A stretch of DNA of 64,000 nt from Octopus vulgaris (GCA_951406725.2 OX597828.1:5766001-5830000), one strand, 5' to 3'; positions 25,528-41,011 are shown, counted from the first letter of the stretch. The notes: generated by a model not told the origin, from the letters alone. Program-made: numbers and translations.

Positions 25528-26329
25528 CATATGTGTGGGCGTGTATGTGCGTCTGTATGTGTGTGTGTGAATGTGAATGTGTGTGTATGTGCGTGTGTGC
25601 GAGTTCGTGTGATTTTATATGTAACTGAAATGGAAGTGAGGAGCTAGTAGCAATCCCGAGAACAGTCCTAGAACTATACATATATATTCACCTTATGTGA
25701 TTTCACGCACTGAAGCTCGGTCATCAGACCACGTTTTCCGTAAGATTGAACCGTCGACATATATGAGCACAAAACAAACCTGTCAGCTTTGAATTCATTT
25801 TCTGTGCAGTGGATTGGCCTAAGAGGGTATGAGTGAGATTTGATATAGCAGAATATGACTGTGAGCAAATTTCCTGTGTTCACAGAGATGACTACATCCT
25901 TCCTTCGCATAATCCCGGTTTTTTCACGTGCAAAACCACTCTCCCTTCTCCATATATGTGTTTTCATACCATCCAGACCTGTGGCCCACGCCCCACTTAA
26001 TAAGGCTGCAACCCTACCACTCTTGACACTAATACACGCACACGTGCACTAAACTATCAACCATACAAAAGCCATTCATTCATATGCCCGCTTCTCCATA
26101 CGGAGATTTTATACTTGCCTCTACGCACTTTCTCTTACAAACTTTCTCCAAACACACCCTGCAAAACAACATTCATAACAAGGTTCTTTTTTAATCGATT
26201 AGTTCTCACCTGATGCTTCTGAAATTCTTTTCTCTCATGAATGACCAACGTCCCCAATATCACGACCTACCTACATTCAAGTACATCGTTGTGTCAATCA
26301 TTTTTCGTAACTGTGATCCTTTTATATTG

Positions 26330-26670
26330 TACACACACAGACACATGCATACATGCACACACATCTGATTCCAATATGTTTTTTTTTTTTAAACTTCAAA
26401 GTTTCTCCTATTGGTTTTAAATGCGTAGCGCAGAAAAAACTTGGCCAAAATCGGTATGGAGTAGGGAAGTGGGTATGAAAAGATTTCATAAGTTTCCAAA
26501 TATTTTGTTCCCCGCAAAGGTATCTTCCATTTCTATAGGTGTGTAGTGCAATTAAGACAAAAGTGTACAAAATTCTGTCCGGAAGTGGGAGATAATGATT
26601 CAAAAATGTTCATATATACATACACACTCACACAGACACTCACATATACACACATCCTTTTATATAAGAA
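26330..26670 (-). mobile_element. Helitron-like non-autonomous 5' end fragment
   Basis: Minus strand begins TCTTATATAAAAGGATGTGTG followed by a (TG)-rich tract, the usual look of Helitron/DINE-type 5' termini. Confidence 0.35.
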
Positions 26671-26928
26671 TTTCTGTTGAAAGATACCTGATGTGAAACC
26701 GTATGTTGAAACAGATGTTGCTATATCTTGGTATGGTCATCTTTCTTTTTTTTTTGGTGGAACCAAATAAATACGCATTATATATATTCGTTCTTCACTT
26801 GCTTATTTTTACATTAACTGGTGTTCATTGTCCGAAAATCTTTCGTTGCATATCTGTGGCCTCTACAGTGACCGACCATTCCGTCCTCTTGTATTCTCCT
26901 GCTCCCCTTAGTTCATTCTGTCTTTCCA

Positions 26929-27002
<74 letters not shown>

Positions 27003-27905
27003 GTGTGTGTGTGTGCGTGTGTATTAAACCAGCGAAATGATTATCCTCGAAGTCCTAAGTGTGTTAAATGAGAACATGTTCTATTAATATTTGTGACCAA
27101 GCAATTCCGTTTTGCTTGGTTCGAAGAGCACCACGATGAGTAGAGAAGATAGTTAATGATGATTATTTAAATGTATTTGCAGAGTGTAATTCTGATGAAT
27201 ATAAAACATAATTCTAATGAATATAATAAAGAAGAAATCATAGTGAAAGTAAACGAAGATAAGAATAAAAATAAATAATTCATTAAAAAAACGTGTGTTC
27301 TTGATCATTAAATTCAGATTGAAATAATATAAATGAATACGAAACACAATTTGGAATTAAATTATAGAAAGAACGATAAAATAAAATTGAGAGAGATGGG
27401 GAAATACTCATTGTAAGAGAAATAAGGGAAAACAAAGAGAATAATATAAAATAATGAATGCGAATTTTGTAATATATTGTTTAGTATATTTTGTGTTATC
27501 CATATTGGATTCGTGGTTATTATTACTACTGTTACCAAATCTATGTCTGTTGTTCTCTATCTCGGAGAAGTGTGTTTTCCTACGATATTGTATTCATGAA
27601 AGTATATAAATTGAATCGCCCAACTACATGCTGCACTCTATTATATTCATTCATACAACAAAAGTGTAATGAAAATAACCAAGATTTTTACCAAATTTAC
27701 ACGATCGCTTCCCTTATACATTAACAAGTGTTCTTCCCCCTCGTGTTATTTATGAAGAAACACAAGTAAGATATGGATGTCTTATAAGGGAACATGGAAG
27801 TAAAATTTTCCCAGTATATATCAGAGGCTCCCTGATGCCTCCCCAATCTATAACTATAAACGCAGTTCTGCGGGGTATGTTGTACCCGATTGCAGATTTC
27901 CATCT

Positions 27906-28570
<665 letters not shown>

Positions 28571-30219
28571 ATATGTGTTTGCCTGCGAACCCTCGTACAT
28601 GTTTGCATATACGTGCATGTGTTGTATGCGGACACACATGTGCGTTATGCGTATTTGTTTGCGTGTAATTTGAAAGTGGTTACTCGAACGGAAACGTGAC
28701 AACTGAAAAAGTTGTGTAAATTGAATATAATTATAGTATAAATGTAGCAATGGATGTAATTCGAGTGAAAGATTTCTCTACAATGGCAGGTATATTTAAA
28801 TCTTCACCATCCGTGACAGCAAGTTGTCAAAATTTCTATGGCATGAGAATGGTGAAAATGTCACTGGTAGTGGATGAAGGAAGGTTGAGTACACGTGAGC
28901 ATTATGTATACTTATATACATGAACACACCGTCACAGTCATATGTATAATAAAAGTCGTTCTGTGCGTTTCTGAATGTATATATGAATAAACATACATAG
29001 TCATTCATACTTTTTTATACTCTTATTCTGTTATATATCATTTCCTGTACAGGTTATTTGACGCAGCTGCGTAGAAGGAAGTCTAGAAACTTCTACAACG
29101 ACGTGTCAATCGCAATGTCGTGTGATAAACAGTATGACATTGTTGCGGGATTGGCTGAGTGTTGTTTATATAAAGTGAAAAATGTGAATGGCCGATCTAA
29201 ATTTAATGGCAAAGCAAATAGTATACACATACATACGTACATGTGCTTGTCTCAATGCATATGTTCTTGTAGAGTATTTTAAATCTACTTCATTATTCGA
29301 GTCATAAATCACATGATTTTTTTTTTTTTGCATTTCAAATAAATTTTACGTAACTAGAGCAGGGTAAATTATCTTCTGTATGCTTAGAAAGTTCATTCAC
29401 CAATTTCCAATTGTATCTTTATTTAGATGGGTTGTTCCTCGTTTCATTTAAATTTTCATCAACGCAGATCCCTTTTGACTTCTTTGTTGTACATGCTATT
29501 TTGTTTAGTTCTAATTCATTTCTATATAATGAATGTAGTGTTATCGATTGGCATTTTACATTGATATATTTTCTTGAGTTGTTGATCAATTAATCGTAGT
29601 ATGTTTTAATAAATAATGCTATATTTTTCTAGAGATTAAAAAAAAAATTCATGTATTTTCATTGGCCGATTCCTCCTTATCACCTTGTCGCGTAAGGCAT
29701 CACAAAATGTTTTACTAACGTTATCAATCTGCGTACTTCATAAATCGTTAATTTATATCTGATGTCGCTAAAGATATTGCTGTTATCTACAGAAAATTTG
29801 TATTTTGTATCGCATATAATAAAATGACAGCTCTTTGTGTAGCTGAATTTTGTTGATACCTTATTTTTATTTCGTTCTGTTGTTGTTAACATCGTTTTGC
29901 CTTCTAAACACAGGTGTTGTATTTAAGACAAGAATTACAGATTAAATTTTACTTCTATATGCTCTGGTAGAACGGTATAGTAGTACAGAAAACGCTACAA
30001 ATTCATATAATTCCGCCGCATTCTGCCTGGCTTTCAGAAAGTACACTCCTAAATAATCCTATGGACTTTTGAACAGTCGACAAGCATTTTGCATAATCAT
30101 CATAAACATTCTGCGAAAAAAAATGCTGAAGTAAAACACGTGCAACAGAGTTATAAAATTCCAGAACCCGCATGAATGGATCTATACAGAAACAATAGCA
30201 AGGCTATCAACTAAAATAT

Positions 30220-30330
30220 ACTCTTTTACTTGCTTCGTTAATGTGACTGTTGCCTTGCTGGAGCACCGCCTTTAGTCGAGCAAATCTTTGTAAGCCTAGT
30301 ATGTATTCTATCGGTCTCATACGTAGACAA
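30220..30330 (-). mobile_element. SINE 3' fragment (same family as 62470-62802)
   Basis: Shares TGTGACTGT, TTTGTAAGCCTAGTA and TATTCTATCGGTCTC with the 62.5-kb SINE. Confidence 0.7.
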
Positions 30331-30699
30331 ATTTCGCATATCTTTGAAATACATACCTAGAGACATTCTTAGTAAAAATAGGATAAAAACCTGTAGTGGA
30401 ATAAGCAATTAGCATGTAATAACGTTTGTATAGTTTGGAACAACAACAACAATAATAATGATTAAAATGATTAAAATAATAATTAAAATGATGAGGAGGA
30501 GGGTGAAGAAGAAGAGGAAGAAGGGGAAGAGGAGAAAGATGATCATCATGATTATGATAAACATGATAATATTTGTCAATGAGGAGGGTTTTTTTTTTAC
30601 CCCTAGAATGATGTATCTGATATAGAAATATTGTTAATACGTGCATCGAGACCACAAAATACGGATTTGATGTCCAGCGAGCTTATGTGTGTCACACAG

Positions 30700-32080
30700 G
30701 TATGAGGGCTCTCAGTGGCTTTAGATAAGAATCTTCACAAAGGTGTTCTTGCGACAGAATAACTTGTGGTTTTGTCAAATTAAATCGGTAACTTCTCTGT
30801 GAGTGCAAATGTCAAATGGGATATAAACGATCATCCCCGAAAATAGAAAGAGAATCTACGAGTTGAAACCGGAAGAAGCAGAACACAAGCGATGCAGAAT
30901 CTGATCTCTTTTACTAAGAATGATAATGAAAAGTATTCGTTAACAAAAAGACGTAGAAACCGCGTGCGATCTCAAATTGTCGACCGATAATTTATATGGC
31001 ACTACTAGGAAAACCTTTCACAAGTATGTTCTCGGAAATGATGTATACATATTTAGAGGAACACAGCTTGTTCCCTAACGCACAGAAATAATGCCGCAGT
31101 AATTCAAGGAGATAAAATACCGACTATGAATCAAACGCATGGTTAATAAGTGTCAACTAAGAAGTAGAAGAGACTGATCAAGTGCTAGATTTATTGATAC
31201 GGAATATGATACTGTCACATACTATTGGTTATGAATATACTAAAATACTAAAAATCAAAAATACCAGCCCCGAACTAACACAGGAAAGTTTGGAAGATTG
31301 GAAAACGGTTATGGTAAAAGGTAGGCACTCACGTGGGAAATGCATATTTATTTGGTGTATCTTCCAGATTGGTAGTTTATAGGTTGTACTGTATTCCATT
31401 GCACACATTCCATTCTCCTTCGAAATGGGGGGAGTATATCAGGATATACCTCAGGAATATATATACCTATTACATTTTACGGATGATCTAAACCTAGACG
31501 GCAAGACTAGGAGGGAATAGGATATCCTTATCCGTTCAATGAGAGTATTTATCATTGACATCGGAATGGAATTTTGTGTTTCCAAGTGTGAAACGTATAT
31601 GAAGCAGAAAGACAGAATAATTATCGCATATGAAGATACGAAAGGAAGAAAAAACGAACAGAAAATTTCTTGCAATTAGCAGGGTTATACACACCCGGGT
31701 TAAAGTGGACAGGTTATATATAAACACAAAGGATCGAAGAAAAAGATTGATAAGTGTAAAAAACTGCGTGGAAATAGAATTTGAGCGAGAACTTTACTGG
31801 CAGTAAATAGGAGATTTGATAACAGTAGGAGAGAATATGGCAGATGAAGGAAGAAAAAGAAAGTATATTTCTTGGAATTGCAGAGTAATGGTACGAAGAG
31901 AAATGCTTACACAGAAAATATATTGTAAGTTTTGGAGGACATGGTGAGACGTAGGGTTTGTTTATGCCTGCTGGAGATCAAGAAATAAAAACTAAATATA
32001 TAAGGAAGGACGCAAGCAACAAAAGTATCTTGGCTGAACGTAGAATGAATAGTGAAAGAGAAAAGACCTTTGGCCATATT
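30700..32080 (+). mobile_element. Highly decayed R4/Dong-like LINE (RT region)
   Basis: In the expected order: IFQIGSL* (GIFQGDSLS), LLHFTDDLNLDGK (LLFMDDLKLYGK), IDIGMEFCVSKC, LHTRVKVDRLYI..RLISVKNCVEIE and AGDQEIKTKYIR. These parallel the 2.4-3.7 kb copy. Confidence 0.75.
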
Positions 32081-32699
32081 CAATTATGGATTTTTACATT
32101 CGAATACAAACATATATGCATATGTAGTTGCATCCACACAAACACACACACTCACGCATATATTTACATGCTTCCACAGAGGACTATAATAACTGCGGTT
32201 ACGACAGGAGTGCTACGATGTTATATTAGCAAATCTGTAAAATATTTGGATTTGAAATTATGGGTAAAGGGGGTTGTCATAAAACAGAACAGAAAATTTG
32301 AAAATTATTATTTAAAAGCACGATGAGATGTCAAACTCTAAACTCTGGAATAAATAGATCATTCACACCCATAAAATATGTAGTTATTTTATTTTACTCA
32401 ATAGCGATGATATCAGAACTTAAGAACATATTAAAATACAATTTTATCTAAAATACGAATTTCACAAATTCTGGAAGTACAATAAAATTCTTTCGCTTCA
32501 GGAACGTTTTCAAGGTGCTTCGTTATGTATGTCTTGACATTAAAGTAAACCTGTTTGCTTGGTACAGTAAGTATTCTAAGAAAGTGGTAAGATGAATATT
32601 TGGGTTGTACAACTTAATACGACGTTGAAAAATGTCCGTTGAAAACCAACGGAAATATTAATATTAGTTTCGAACGGAAATAATAATATTAGTTTCGAA

Positions 32700-32878
32700 T
32701 TTTGGTGCAAAGCCTGCAATTTCAGGGTATAAAATCGACTCCAGTGCCAACTGAACGCGAAGTGATGGATGGAAAATTCGACCACAGTGGCATTTGAACC
32801 CAGAACATAATAACGGACGAAATGCCTCTAGGCATTTTGCCGAACGTGTAAACTATTCTGCCAGTTCTCCCCTTACCG
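32700..32878 (-). mobile_element. SINE, second family (related to 55050-55262)
   Basis: Minus strand starts AAGGGGAGAACTGGCAGAATAGTTTACACG..AAAATGCCTAG..ATTTCGTCC..GGGTTCAAATGCC, collinear with the 55-kb copy; has a B-box-like GTTCAAAT. Confidence 0.65.
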
Positions 32879-33249
32879 AAAATAATAACATTAAAGATTA
32901 TAATGATGAAGAGATAAATCACATTAAGTCCAGCTACAGGAGCGATAGACATTAATGTTTTGTCGTTTTTGTGTTATCACGCTTGTCTGTGGCTTCCAAG
33001 TGTTTGAACACCAGGCGAATAAATGAGACTATATTCTCTCACTTCTATAATCACAGCCTGCGCCCGAACTGGCAAAACATATACTTTGCGCATATGTGTT
33101 CGATAAAGCAATGCTAAACTCGATAGAAAGGTCCAAACTCCTATTGAAATATCCAGAGCAGCTTTTGAGAAGATTTATGATCGCCTTTGGAGAGTCCATT
33201 ATGTCCCAATAGGGACAGTGACCTAACAACTTCTTATATATATATATAT

Positions 33250-33400
33250 CCCGTTCAGTTTCCGTCTACCAAATCCACTCACAAGGCTTTGGTCGGCCCG
33301 AGGCTATAGTAGAATACACTTGCCCAAGGTGCCTCGCAGATGGACTGAACCCGGAACCGTGTGGTTGGTAAACAAGCTACTTACCACATAGACACTCCTA
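33250..33400 (-). mobile_element. tRNA-derived SINE 5' portion (octopus-type)
   Basis: Minus strand GGAGTGTCTATGTGGTAAGTAGC (A-box-like) ... GGGTTCAGTCC (B-box-like) ... GGCACCTTGGGCAAGTG. Same head at 62690-62802 and ~17605-17670. Confidence 0.85.
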
Positions 33401-34456
33401 TAAACTGTCATGCAGAAAAATCAAAGGAATTATTGCAAACCAATCAAAATTTGAAGAGTTGAATGGAAGAAAGTTTTGCCGGATAGGTAACCAATATTCT
33501 TAGTATTCGTCAGCAGTTTACCGAAAAGGCTTCCATACACACGAATATTTGCATTTCTAGACGGAAACAGTGACGTCATTATGACACATCTTAGAACGAT
33601 TTATACCACCAAATGTGCCCTTGTTTCTATTATTTCGTTTCTTTTTCATCAGCTAGGAAGAAGCTAGAGTTATTTCAAACCACTGAGAAGGTAATATTGT
33701 CAGGCAATATTACAAATTTCAAACAGAGTCGCCTGAAATTAACACGAACGGTGATTGTGAATTGCGGAAGTTTATAGTGATTCATTTGGCAGAAGGAGAC
33801 AAAGACTGCCTGTAGTTGGATATGGAAGAGGTAACTATGCTCTATGCGTCCAATAAAGAAGCTATTGTTTTATTAACGATCACTATGCAGGAAAAAGCCA
33901 TGTCGACACAACCGTGTTTGTTGACGTTCGTTAGAAGAGACTGTTCTGAATAAAATATTTATGATTCTGGATTCCAGGGGTTTTACACGTAATGCTGTGT
34001 ATTATATATTTAGATGATCCTGTATAATCAAATATGCAAGGGTTAATTACAAGGAAGCTTTAGATCATCTGTCTATTGTGCCCTGATATAAACCTAAACA
34101 TTTCGAATGATATCAGCAGAAAAATTTCCATATTAATACATATTACTTTTCAAATGTATGAATCCTTGCACGGCAAAAAGAAAATTGATGTCCTTCTGTA
34201 TCTGTGAAAATTTCTAGGCGAACTACTCTAGTGACTGAACTAATATTCACCGTTTTTTTAAATCTAAATGGTGAAACCAGCATTCATTACATTTCTTTAT
34301 CCTTCCCAACTATAAATGCGTGGAAATATGTTTAATTCAGTAAGAATTAGAAATATATATTTTCTATAGGTTTTTCAGCTGAACAATTAAACACTTATAT
34401 ATCGTATTGCAAACCCTCTTGCCTTTATTTTATTAATCAAAATCGTTATCTGTCTG

Positions 34457-34511
<55 letters not shown>

Positions 34512-34638
34512 GTTTATATATCTGTCTATCTATCGCACTGTGTGCTTCTCTCCACTGTATATGTATATATAGTGTGCACAAACGCCTCACTCCATACACA
34601 CACACACGCACACACACACACACACACGCACACACACG

Positions 34639-34683
<45 letters not shown>

Positions 34684-35290
34684 GTTTCTATGCCACGCTT
34701 TCTATTTAAGAATCAGCCAAACCATCTCTGTTTTTATTCTGTCTCTCTCAGCTAGCAGCTCACATGAAACGAAAGTATTTCATTGACACAGTATATGTCA
34801 ATTTATCAAATTACAAAGAAATCCAAGTGATTAGATTTGGTATTACACTTTATTGCTTGCTCCTGAAACATTCCATTTGTTTAACTCATAACGAAGTCTG
34901 ATAAAGTAGCAGTCTATGTAGATGGTAATATTTGCAAGGTTATGGATATTTCTTATGATTTCAAATAAGATTAGGCAAAAATTGATTTCTTACATCTGAA
35001 TAAATCTCCATATTTATAGAGCTACATCCTATGTACATGACGTTTTCGAGCGCATTAGCAAAACCAGCGAAGAGAAATAGTTATAAATGGGAAGGAATCA
35101 AACACGGGTAGCCAACTCAGCACGACGGTAGACTGCAGTTCACCAGACAGTTCCCAAGGTTATTTCGGTCTCAAGGAATGAAACAAAAAATAATTCGGTG
35201 AGATATGTACAGATGTTAAATATTGAAGAGCTTACAATGCGTTTTGGAAATACTGTCTCTTCATACCTGACTAATCACTCACACACTCGT

Positions 35291-35345
<55 letters not shown>

Positions 35346-35546
35346 CATGCACTAATATGCTCATACACATACAACCGCCCACATCCTCCTCTCAGCCACG
35401 TGTGTATGTATGTGATTGGCAGTGCCTGCATATTCACACAAAGAAAAAGAGAGGACGAAACAGAAAAAAAACGACAAAGTGTGAGATTAGTTCCTTACTA
35501 GTTGAACAGACACACGCATATATATTTATATATATATAACCATATA

Positions 35547-35578
<32 letters not shown>

Positions 35579-35618
35579 CACATATATATATATATATACA
35601 TATATATACATGTATATA

Positions 35619-35667
<49 letters not shown>

Positions 35668-35685
35668 GTATGTAAATATATATAA

Positions 35686-35804
<119 letters not shown>

Positions 35805-36057
35805 TATACATATATACATATATATATACATATGAATGTATATAAAAATATATCTCCATAGAGTTGCGTTTGTGTGTAGGTAAGTTTGGTTCTGAATGGA
35901 CAAACGAAAGAAAGTGGCACTCAATTCAGAAGGAGGAACATACATTATTATTTACAACAGTTCAATTTAGCCCCATGGAAATCAGACACTTTTAAATCTA
36001 TGTATTTATGTATGTATGTATGTATCTACCTATCTATCTGTCTAGTTATATCTCTCT

Positions 36058-36088
<31 letters not shown>

Positions 36089-38522
36089 CTGGAAGAAATA
36101 CCCGGCGTTGCCCGGGTAAAAGAACATAATGAAATTTAAAAACGCCGGTCCCAACAGCTAGTAGCTGAGTTACCAACTTTCTACATAACTCTGCAACCCA
36201 TGCCAACATAGAACATAGACGTTAAGTGAAATGTGAAAATAAAGTTTTCAAGAGATATAAGTATATGAAATATAAACAATGTTTGTCTAACTCATTTCGT
36301 AGCTAAAATACAGGTAAAGATTTTAAACAATGATAGGACGGGCGTAGAGTAGATTTATACACACACACTTGCACAAACACTCATACACACACAAACAGAC
36401 AGCGAATATATCACGTTATTGTTTCACTTTTATACACACAAATATACATCCATGCATGTCAGCCGAAAAGTGAAAGTGTAATAGTAATTCTTCAACACTC
36501 GATGGTTGTACACTTCTGTATATGACATGGACCTATTACTCATGTAAGTGCTTCTTCATATACTGTTTTTTCTGCCTTGCCATGTTTATCACTGAGGATG
36601 TAGAGGTTCTTCTTTGTCTCCAACTCTAGGACATCCAACACGCAGCTGACCATGTGAGAAGCAAGTTTGAAGGAGGTTAAGTCCCACCGCCTTTAGATAT
36701 TGACCATGCGCTTTGTTGATAGACATTGCAAAGCTAAGTTTCACAGGAAACTGCAGTCTCTTGAACTGAAAGAGACCATTTGAGATAAGCGTCATCCTTG
36801 GAATGACGTCAATGGCACTATCATGATGCCGTGATGGAGATGCAGTTTCTCAGCTGTATAGGAGACTGTAGAATGGCCTCCCAGTGTACCTCATCTTCCA
36901 AAAGACCTCTGAGACGGCAAGGCTGGCGATGTTTGACATACTCTGTTATCAACCGTATGTAAGGTTGTAAATGATATGTAATAGAAGCCTTAGTATCACC
37001 CTGAGATTTGGGGATGAACAACGTAGAGTCTGCTAAGTATGCCTGATTTCGTGATTCCCGGATGATGTGTGGGTGCTCGAAGCGCACGTCCTTTCCCTTT
37101 GTTTTGGAACCAGCTATAGAATTGTGGAACTTCATTGTATATCAGTATTGTAACAAATTCATCATCTTGACAGAGCTTGAAGAATGCTTTGAGTGTGGCA
37201 TTTTGGGGAGCTTCCATTTGTAGTTGGACTGTGTCTGTCAGTGTGCTGTCTCTGAGATGGAGGACAATGTCACGCTTGTCATGTTCTTGCTCAACCAGAA
37301 GCACAGCAATTTCACTTACCATTGGCGCATTTAACCCCCCTCCATGTTGAACAGATTGTTTCTTGTCTGATCTGATAACTACCTTGTAATCTATGGAGTC
37401 GGATGGGATTATTGTAACTGTAATATTGAAGCGTCTGATCAGGTTGTTGTTGCTGTTATGCAGCATCTTCTGCAGAGACACTACAATGTTCATCCTAATG
37501 CTGGAAATGTTTCCGCACCTCTCTTTCCCTTCGTGTTCAGAATCACCCATAAAATATATTTGAAGGCATTTTGGTGATTCGTTTGACAGAGGTAGTAGAA
37601 AGCCAATCCGATGATAAATCTGACGTTGGACCTTTAATGTTTGCATGAATCCTGGCTCAGTTATATATCATGTCATTACTAATGCAGCTAATCACTACTA
37701 TCTACATTTGTTTTGGAAGTGCTTGGATCTTGGTCAGTTGATGACAACAGTTTCTTCAATGGTTCCAGAGGTTGGGAGATTGCAGGGGGTTTAACCTTTC
37801 TAACACTGCATCAAAGTGCAGGTGTCTCTCCAGACTACTTATTTGCTTTACAATGTATGCACTCAGTTGTCATTGCACCATTGAAAACTCTAGTATCATC
37901 TGCATAATGAACTAATGGATCATAATTGAAAGCTGCTTCATAGAATTTGCAATTGCTCCTCGTTCTGCAGTAGAAATCCTATTCTTTGTCAGTCGTGCAT
38001 ACGTCTGTTCATCAATTTGCACAGTCTGTCGTTTCTTGGCATGCATCCCTTTTTGCAGCTATCTCACTTTTCCTGGACAGAGACATTCTTTTGGCTGAAT
38101 TTGACATTGTAGACAAATTAGCATATCTAGAGTTTTCTGCTCCCACGATTTTGGATGATCATAACTTTCAGAAAAATAGATATTTTTAATGATATTTTCT
38201 ATGAATATGTGTTATATCATGTAAATTCCGAATATAAAAGAAATTTGGGAAGAAGTGTTTTAATAGGGTGGGGGGTTAGAATTTCGGAAAATTGACCAGT
38301 GTCCAATTCAATTCGTCTTAACTTTCAAGAAAATGGATATTTTTAAATGAGATACTCAACAAATATATCTCAAACTATGTAAATTTCGAGGACATAGAAT
38401 GTTGGGGTAAAACAACAGATTATTTTTGAGGATCTGTTTTTCACTTGGGGTTGTTTCGGAACAAATCGTCCATATTTGTTTCATTTTCTCCGATTTGTGC
38501 GTTTGTGCATCCGTAGATTACC

Positions 38523-38557
<35 letters not shown>

Positions 38558-38580
38558 GCGCACGCACACACACATTCAAT
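36089..38580 (-). mobile_element. Internally deleted Helitron (RepHel remnant) with 3' hairpin terminus
   Basis: ORF 36996..37646 has TLKVQRQIYHRIG.LLP, LQIYF, NAP.VSEIAVL..RDIVL and TLKAFFKLC...YNEVP. ORF 36589..36795 has PIF1-type motifs FKRLQFPVKLSFAMSINKAHGQ..FSHGQL..G..RV. 3' hairpin TACCCGG(C)GTTGCCCGGGTA at 36099-36118, then a CTAG-like CCAG on the minus strand. The 5' end is approximate. Confidence 0.9.
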
Positions 38581-39854
38581 CAAAAAAGTTCAAACGGGGA
38601 CTTATTACATTCAGTATCAGGTTTATTACAGAGATTATGTAACAAATTATGCTTTACACTTCTATATTTAACTGTGCGTGTATATTCTACATTTTTGCTT
38701 CTTGTGTCTTCTGCCTTTCAACTAGAAACGATTACCTTGGAATTTACTTAAATCGAAAAGAAATTCTATACAACAGCTAAGTCGTCTTAATAAAATATTT
38801 TTGTGTATCCGACCTTTAGATGTTATTTTTTGTTTAACGAGTTTTCTGGCGAGGACTTCATTTACCTTCATTGCCTGTTTTTGCTTTAGAATAAATCTGT
38901 GGACTCCGGCGAAATTTCTGAAATTCCCCACCCCTCCTATAACACTTACCTCCCAAATTTTCTATAGTCGGAATTTACCTGATATAGCACATATTCTTAG
39001 AAAATGTAATTAAAAGTATACATTTTTCTGAAAGTTATGATGGGGGTAGAAATCTGCAGTTATATCGACAAATTTGGCATTCTCCTTCTAGGCATAGTTA
39101 TATATTTATACAGAAATATATATATATATATTTATACAGTGCAGAAGATAGTAAACAATGAAAATAACTTGGTAAGGGGAATTATGTTTCTTAATACAAC
39201 CGACAGAAAATATATAAGAAATGTTAACGGAAAAAAGCATTGTACGGGTTGAAATGAAATTTGTCATTCAGTGAACCAATGAGCCAGTATCAAAGGAACC
39301 AGAAAGAAACCACCAACGACTGGAAAACACAAAACCGTACGGAGTGACATGGAATTTATGAAGATACTTCTGTCAGTAGATTAAGAAATTACTCATATCA
39401 CTAATTGTGAACTTCTTTCTGTTAGTAATTTGTCGTTGTTTGTTTGTAAATAGCGATTAAAAACTTAGACTTACATTGAAAACAATAACATGGAAGTTAA
39501 ACAATGGCGTATGAAAATTGAAAGATAAAGAATAACGTCTGAAAAATGAAAGTGAAAACAAGAGATATTGATAGACAGACATGATACAGAGAGATAGTGA
39601 TCCACAGATAGAGATAGATAGAGATATATAAATAAAGAAACATGTTGCGTCACTGATGCTAGAAAGCCGTAAGTAAATAACTTTGAATCTTTCAAAGATA
39701 TGAATGTAATATAAAAAGCAATATTATTTACTTTTAATAATTTTTAACAAAAAAATCAAATGAACAACCTGTTAGTTGTCCGAGGTCAAATTGTTCATGC
39801 ATCACAAGAATGAAAGCAATTGGTGAAGCCGTTTACGCATGAAAAGTGAATACG

Positions 39855-39908
<54 letters not shown>

Positions 39909-39977
39909 GGTGCTGCCCCAGCATGCACACAGCTCGTGAGCTGAAATTAGATAAAATAAAAAAATAAAATAAAATAA

Positions 39978-40020
<43 letters not shown>

Positions 40021-40300
40021 ATGTATAAATGGCAATTTCTCTCTGTCTGTTACCCTCTAATCCACCAAACCAATTTTCATGAAACTAACATCCTGTCAAA
40101 TATTAGGCTAATTATATTTCAATTTAAATTTATAATGTGCCCCCAGTTTCTCTGGGCCAATTATATGATAAAATAAGAAGATTGCAAATTAGAAGGTTTC
40201 AACACACACACAATCCTACAGAAAGGTGAATGTGAGAAACACGTTGCTGGAATCGGACTCGAAATCTTGGGGTTAGTAGCCCACGTTCTTAACAACTGTG

Positions 40301-40362
<62 letters not shown>
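40301..40362. repeat. (AAT)n microsatellite
   Basis: Directly visible. Confidence 0.98.
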
Positions 40363-40363
<1 letters not shown>

Positions 40364-40410
40364 TCGAAAAGGTACCTTAGGAATGAGAACCCCGGTTCGA
40401 AATTTCCCCA

Positions 40411-40457
40411 AGAATCCTAATGAAGGCTGGAGAGCATAGCAGCTGAAACGCTGTGTT
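40411..40457 (+). ncRNA. Degenerate hammerhead-like motif in a short dispersed repeat (~40363-40520)
   Basis: CTAATGA-A-GGCTG-GAGAGCATAG-CAGCT-GAAAC-GCT-GTGTT. Stem II pairs; core G5 and the triplet are mutated. Confidence 0.45.
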
Positions 40458-40690
40458 AACAACAAACAAGATGAGGGAAAATATCCGTCAAACGTAAATA
40501 ATGTAAATAATGTATAAAACATTTTGTTGTTCTGGGGTCAGTCATTCTTTTGTGAGTGAGTAATTCTTACATTTACGCTGAACTTGAAAGCAACAGGTCT
40601 TTTGTACTGTTATTTTGAATTCAAAACTTTTAATACTCACAGATGCCATGCTTATCTTCATTCCTATGACCTCCGGTACTTTGCATATCC

Positions 40691-40764
<74 letters not shown>

Positions 40765-40781
40765 GTATATGTACGTATGTA

Positions 40782-40835
<54 letters not shown>

Positions 40836-40877
40836 GTATATGTACGTATGTATATATATATTTATATATATATGTAA

Positions 40878-40911
<34 letters not shown>

Positions 40912-40915
40912 GTAA

Positions 40916-40951
<36 letters not shown>

Positions 40952-40955
40952 GTAA

Positions 40956-41011
<56 letters not shown>

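Noticed and set aside
25691-25730. Minus-strand CTGATGA..GAAAT hammerhead candidate
   Set aside because: Weak stem II and no stem I pairing; it may be a fossil but I cannot support it.
26684-26725. ATAC-CTGATG..GAAAC-AGAT-GTT hammerhead candidate
   Set aside because: Core incomplete and stem II absent.
29053-29282. Plus-strand acceptor-like site with a 74-aa ORF
   Set aside because: No clear donor or recognisable domain, and the ORF runs into simple repeat.
32648-32699. 25-bp tandem duplication
   Set aside because: Only two adjacent units with no spacer; a local slippage event, not a CRISPR-like array.
33250-33400. tRNA-like A/B boxes
   Set aside because: These are SINE heads attached to SINE bodies; no complete cloverleaf, so not called as tRNA genes.
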